From an uncultured delta proteobacterium (GTDB taxonomy: Bacteria > Desulfobacterota > Syntrophorhabdia > Syntrophorhabdales > WCHB1-27), in assembly GCA_963810935.1 (NCBI GenBank), contig CAWEPK010000008.1, positions 640,001-704,000 on the forward strand: DNA of 64,000 nucleotides, given 5' to 3'. This document shows, piece after piece, positions 59,575-64,000 of this stretch. Numbering within the stretch: position 1 is the stretch's first letter; each line of letters starts with the position of its first letter. The notes below the pieces were generated by a model that was given only the letters and a program-made list of their open reading frames with translations, did no database searches and was not told the DNA's origin. Made by a program: the position numbers and the translations under genes.

Positions 59575-60714
59575 TTAACCTGAGCCGACGAGCTGGTACA
59601 GGTGCTCGACGGCATGCTCGGTGGCAGGAGCGGTGACTACGTGGACACCGGCCGACCGGAGGATCTCCCACGTCTCCTCCTGCCGGTTGCCCAAAGCCTT
59701 GGCGACGACCGGGATCTTGAGGTTGTGCTCGTTGATGTAGCGGACAACGCCCCTGGCGCCCTCGTGGATGGGGTTGATGCCTCCGTAGACGTTGATGAAT
59801 ATGCCGCGCAGCCCCGGCTTCATCATGATGAGGTCCATGCACTTGTAGAGAAGGTCGGCCGTTATTCCGCCGCCCGTCTCGAGGAAATTGGCGGGCTTCA
59901 TCTTCTGGGCTATGATGTCCATCGAGGCCATGCCGAGGCCTGCCCCGGAGGAGATAAGGCCGATGTCCCCGTCGAGGTCTACGTAAGTTACGCCTATCTC
60001 CTTGCCTTTGCGCTCGCGCGGATTCTCGATGCGCTCTATCGGGTCTGGCAGGCCCTGGCGCAGGCGCGAAAGGGCCGAGTCGTCGATTTCGAAAACACCG
60101 TCCACCGCAAGCAAGCTGCCGTCGGTAAGCACGGCCAGCGGATTAATCTCGACTATGATCGCCTCGAACCTCGAGAAGACCTTGTAGACCTTCGTAATGA
60201 TTTCGCTGAACCCGGTCATCAGGTGATTGCCGAGGCCGAGCTTCATAAGGAGCGACCGCGCCTGGTACGGGTAGAAATCCCGGCCGGGGTCGATCCGGGC
60301 GGAGGCGATTTTTTCCGGGGCTTTGCGCGCAGTCTCCTCGATATGGACGCCGCCCGCAGTGCTCACTACCACAACGGCCTTCCCAGTATAGCCGTCCACG
60401 GTAATGCCTACGTAAAGCTCCTGTGCGATGTCCGCTTTCTGCGCCACCATTACCTTGCGCACGGGCAACCCGCTGATTTTCGAGGTAAAAATCTCTTTGG
60501 CGATCTTTTCGAGCTCCTTCGGGTCCGAGGCGCTCTTTATCCCGCCCGCGAGCCCCCGGCTGCCTACCAGCACCTGCGCTTTGAGCATTACCGGGTAGCC
60601 TATACGGGAGGCGGCTTCCAGCGCCTCGCTGACCGTAGTCGCAACGCCCCTTTTCGGCGTCGGGATGCCTACCGACTCAAAGATATCGGCGGCCTCGAAC
60701 TCGTGCAATCTCAT
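59575..60714 (-). CDS. sucC: Succinyl-CoA synthetase-family beta subunit
   Basis: 'LHEFEA', 'KAQVLVGSRGLAGG', 'EINPL', 'GAGLGMASMD', 'PANFLETGGG', 'NVYGGI'. Confidence 0.88.
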   Translation of the reverse strand: MRLHEFEAADIFESVGIPTPKRGVATTVSEALEAASRIGYPVMLKAQVLVGSRGLAGGIKSASDPKELEKIAKEIFTSKISGLPVRKVMVAQKADIAQELYVGITVDGYTGKAVVVVSTAGGVHIEETARKAPEKIASARIDPGRDFYPYQARSLLMKLGLGNHLMTGFSEIITKVYKVFSRFEAIIVEINPLAVLTDGSLLAVDGVFEIDDSALSRLRQGLPDPIERIENPRERKGKEIGVTYVDLDGDIGLISSGAGLGMASMDIIAQKMKPANFLETGGGITADLLYKCMDLIMMKPGLRGIFINVYGGINPIHEGARGVVRYINEHNLKIPVVAKALGNRQEETWEILRSAGVHVVTAPATEHAVEHLYQLVGSG

Positions 60715-60984
60715 CGGTTTTTCCCTCACCCGCAAAAGTCGATAATAAACCTATTTGAAACTTGAGTATAAACACGAGCCGTTTGCTTGTCAATATGATT
60801 TTTAATTAAATTTAGAATCAGATCAATGATAACTCCGACCGGGCCGGCCGGAAATGAAAATCAGGGCCAAAAAAGAGGCGGGCAGGGAGGATATGGGCGC
60901 GTGCGGCGCGAATGGCGCACAAAGGGGGCGAATTCTTCACTTTTTATTTTGCTTTTCCGGCCTGTTGTGATATCATCGGACGTG

Positions 60985-61512
60985 ATGAAAGTTCTTGTGA
61001 CGAAAACTCTTCTTGCCGTAGCAATCACGGTCCTTTTGGCCGTACCACAGGTCTACGGCCAGACAAAGGTCGTAACCCTGCTCACGCAGGCGGACATCGA
61101 CCTGGCCGTCGCCCAGGGCAAAGCGCGGGCCGCAGCCAGGACGGTCTGCGAGGGCGGGAAGTGCCGCGAGATGCCTGGTACCTTCTCCGTCATCGAGACG
61201 AAGTATGACAGCGGGCCGGGCATCAAGGTCATAGAGCCGCCGCCGGACGCAGAATACAAGGCGCCCATACGCCTCATCATTAATTTCGTACCCAAGGAAG
61301 GCACTGCGGTAGACGTGAAGACCTTCAGGCTCGAATACCTCAAGTTCGTCTCTATCGATATCACTCGAAGGGTGGCAAACTATGTGGGGCCGGGCGGCGT
61401 AAACGTCGAGAAGGCTGACCTTCCGGCAGGCGACCACAAGCTCAGGATAACTATAAAGGACACCCAGGGCGGAATCAGCCAGCAGGTCTACTCAGTTAAA
61501 ATAGCGAAATAA
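60985..61512 (+). CDS. Hypothetical exported protein
   Basis: Signal peptide; beta-rich C-terminus 'LPAGDHKLRITIKD'; typical codon usage. Confidence 0.7.
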   Translation: MKVLVTKTLLAVAITVLLAVPQVYGQTKVVTLLTQADIDLAVAQGKARAAARTVCEGGKCREMPGTFSVIETKYDSGPGIKVIEPPPDAEYKAPIRLIINFVPKEGTAVDVKTFRLEYLKFVSIDITRRVANYVGPGGVNVEKADLPAGDHKLRITIKDTQGGISQQVYSVKIAK

Positions 61513-61563
61513 CCCGGCCGCTCGCTAATTGACAGCCTACCGTACCGCGAATATATTTCTCTT

Positions 61564-62028
61564 ATGACTTCAGGCGATGTCGTGATTACGCGCTGTCCCG
61601 CGTGCGGGGCTAAGAACCGCATCCCCATCTCCCGGTGGGGGGACCCGAAGGCCGTCTGCGGAAAGTGCAAGGCGTCCCTTCGTCCGACCGCGCTCTATCC
61701 GGACCGGCCGGTCCGCATATCGGACACCGTTTACGCCAGGGAGGTCATCGACTTCGAGGGGCCGGTCCTCGCCGAGTTCTTTTCGCCGCACTGCGGCCAC
61801 TGCGTAAGGCTCGCGCCCGTTATTGACGAGCTTGCCGCACACTACGCGGGACGCGTTAAATTCGTCCTGATCGACATAGAGCACGAGCAGACGGTCGCGT
61901 CGCAGCAGAAGGTCGAGGGCACGCCTACGATGCTCTTCTACAAAAACGGCAGGCTGGTCGACCGGGCAGTAGGCGCGCTGCCCAAAGACGAGTTGGCCCG
62001 CCGCCTCGATTCCCTCATCGCCGCCTGA
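61564..62028 (+). CDS. trxC: Thioredoxin 2 (TrxC)-like protein with N-terminal zinc finger
   Basis: 'CPACGAKNR', 'CGKC', active site 'PHCGHC', 'GALPK'. Confidence 0.8.
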   Translation: MTSGDVVITRCPACGAKNRIPISRWGDPKAVCGKCKASLRPTALYPDRPVRISDTVYAREVIDFEGPVLAEFFSPHCGHCVRLAPVIDELAAHYAGRVKFVLIDIEHEQTVASQQKVEGTPTMLFYKNGRLVDRAVGALPKDELARRLDSLIAA

Positions 62029-62044
62029 AAAGGCATTCCTTTCT

Positions 62045-62377
62045 TTACAGCCCCATATTCGACAGGACGAGGGCGATGGAGTTGACCGTATTGACGAGAC
62101 GGTCGTGGGTGCCCTCGAAGCCGCTTATCGAGGAGCGCAGGCCGGCAAGCGAGATACCGAGCAACTGCTCGTCCTTTCGGTCCCTCGTCGCCTCGTGGAG
62201 GGAGCTGTGCGCGAAGTGCCTGATGCTTTGCGCCTGGTCGGGATGGGTCTTCTCAAATGCGACGATCTCCTCTTCCAACGTTGCGATGAGCTTGAGCAGC
62301 TCGCGCCTGTCCTCTTCACACATCGAGGAAGAGGATTCGATCTTCTCTTCTATGTTCTTCATCGTATCGCGTACCAC
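62045..62377 (-). CDS. DUF4404-like protein
   Basis: C-terminal 'FEGTHDRLVNTVNSIALVLSNMGL'; RBS ggaggt. Confidence 0.7.
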   Translation of the reverse strand: MVRDTMKNIEEKIESSSSMCEEDRRELLKLIATLEEEIVAFEKTHPDQAQSIRHFAHSSLHEATRDRKDEQLLGISLAGLRSSISGFEGTHDRLVNTVNSIALVLSNMGL

Positions 62378-62388
62378 TTTACCTCCCT

Positions 62389-62727
62389 TTAGAAGTCGCC
62401 CAGGGGCCTCGTAATCGCGAAGAAGAACGGCTTGCCCACAAGTTCATGATATACAGGCTTGGTCGTCCCGCTCGGCAGCGTGAAGGGCGTCGCAATGATC
62501 GCCAGGCCGAAGCCCAGTGCGAGCGCCGCCAGACCGGCGGGCCGCCCCACGAGGAGGTCGATCATTATCGCGAACTCATTGGGGTACGCGTAGTCCTTCT
62601 GCGGCGGATACGGCGTGCCCTGCGCCTCCATGAGCCGGGTACTCTCGCTCACCTCGGCAGCCCGCAGTGTCCAGCAGGGAAAGAGCATGGCCAGAAGGAC
62701 TAATCCGCAGACGATCCGTCTTCCCAT
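62389..62727 (-). CDS. Hypothetical membrane protein
   Basis: Signal peptide, 'DLLVGRPAG', 'LVGKPFFFAITRPLGDF'; RBS aaggagg. Confidence 0.7.
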   Translation of the reverse strand: MGRRIVCGLVLLAMLFPCWTLRAAEVSESTRLMEAQGTPYPPQKDYAYPNEFAIMIDLLVGRPAGLAALALGFGLAIIATPFTLPSGTTKPVYHELVGKPFFFAITRPLGDF

Positions 62728-62986
62728 GGGAAACCTCCTTTAGATAAGGAGCCGGCGCGCTATGAAGGCGCCTGCGTCCGTTTGCCCCATCCACGTGCGC
62801 CCCGGATGCCCGTCGCTCGCCTGGCCGCGTCCCAGTAAGCGCTTTCCAGCGCAACCCCCTGCGGCCCAAGAGGAGCGCTGATTGCCCTATATACTAATAA
62901 TATAAGACCTGTTGCCCCTCCCGGTCTAATCTGCTAAACTGGCTTCGGGTCGGCCGCGCCCTTACGTAAGCGACCGACGGCCGGAT

Positions 62987-64000
62987 ATGAAACAGACGTC
63001 GTCCTTTTTATTCCGCTTCGCAGACCCCCTGTACCCGTATGTAAAGGTCTATGCCAGCGGCCGCATGGCCGTTATGGCGTTTTTCGGCTTTTCGTCCGGA
63101 CTGCCCATAGGCCTTACGGGCGTGATGCTCCAGGCGTGGATGGCAGGCTCCGGCATCAACCTGCGGACTATAGGCATCTTTTCCCTGATCGGCGTCCCCT
63201 ATACGGTCAAGTTCCTCTGGTCCCCCTTCATGGACAGGTACATCCCCCTGCGCCTCGGCAGGCGCAGGGGGTGGCTCGTCCCCGTGCAGATCGCGCTCCT
63301 TGGGTCCATTGCCGGGCTCGCCTTCTGCTCGCCCACCGCAAGTCTGACCGCCTTCGGCCTGATCGCGCTCCTCATCGCCTTCAGACTCCGCAACCCAGGA
63401 CATCGCGATAGACGCGTACCGGACGGACCTCCTCTCCGAGGAGGAGAGGGGCGCAGGGGCCGCAGTCTCTGTGACCGCCTGGCGCATCGGCGCACTGATG
63501 TCGGGCGGTGCAGGCCTGATACTTGCCGACCACCTGGGCTTCCGCAACACGTATCTACTTATGGCCGGCCTCATGCTCGTGGGTATCGTGGCCACCCTTT
63601 TCGCGCCCGAGCCGGCCGACTCCGTCAAGGTGCCTAAAAGCATGGGCGAGGCGGTCTGGGGGCCATTCAAGGAATTTTTTGCGCGCGGCGGGGCCGTGAA
63701 GATTCTCGCCGCCGTCATCCTCTACAAGCTGGGTGACGCCTATGCGGAGACCCTCTCCACGGTCTTTCTCCTCAACCTGCATTTCTCGCTGACCGAGGTG
63801 GGGAGCATCAACAAGGTACTTGGGACTATTGCAACGATATGCGGCGCTGCGATTGCCGGGGGCCTCATGGTGCGCCTCGGCCTTTTCCGCTCGCTCATCG
63901 CGTTCGGCTGCCTGCAAATCGCCTCGATCCTCTCATTTATGGTCCTTGCGGTTATCGGCAAAAGCTACGCTTTGATGGCATTTGCCGTGACGTTCGAGAA
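62987..64000 (+). CDS. ampG: AmpG-family muropeptide MFS permease; frameshift near 63385; runs off the window
   Basis: 'GFSSGLP', 'PYTVKFLWSPFMDR', 'GRRRGW'; 'SATQDIAIDAYR', 'LYKLGDA' in the shifted frame. Confidence 0.9.

Noticed and set aside
24737..60765. Long antisense ORFs (24737-25897, 27401-28594, 36937-38208, 39529-40533, 43632-44759, 54972-56012, 59602-60765)
   Set aside because: Shadow ORFs opposite well-supported genes in GC-rich DNA; no recognisable motifs
1..64000. Selenocysteine or pyrrolysine read-through, prompted by yqeB
   Set aside because: Broken genes resume in a different frame, not past an in-frame TGA/TAG; no Sec-type motif seen

Overview
A 64-kb, roughly 60% GC chromosomal segment from an anaerobic bacterium; gene style suggests Desulfobacterota/deltaproteobacterial origin (inference). 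From left to right: (1) partial ccdA; (2) a minus-strand run with amrB/amrA, DUF1858, mocA-like, MoeA-like, yqeB, xdhC and an RpoH-like sigma factor; (3) comEC, followed by a convergent ~119-nt structured small-RNA candidate with its own promoter; (4) a lower-GC islet (methyltransferase, DUF2971, HNH nuclease); (5) guaB-guaA-dnaE-accA; (6) an unusual dsr locus: dsrA-dsrB, a repeat, an IS200-type tnpA element, a second synonymously diverged dsrB 3' end, then an orphan dsrT; (7) a ~24-kb catabolic cluster (abfD, an inverted-duplicated pair of IclR genes, a 2-oxoacid:ferredoxin oxidoreductase, TTT and Liv transporters, KdaD-, UxaA-, LarA- and GlcD-like enzymes) ending at tRNA-Arg(UCU), which has a duplicated 3' end; (8) bS22-like gene, nfo, dipeptide epimerase, alr, hemL, sucCD, trxC-like and partial ampG. 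A family of palindromic intergenic repeats occurs at least 7 times. About 13 genes, including essential dnaE and accA, carry single-base frameshifts, most likely long-read indel errors. All calls come from motif recognition by eye; no database searches were run.
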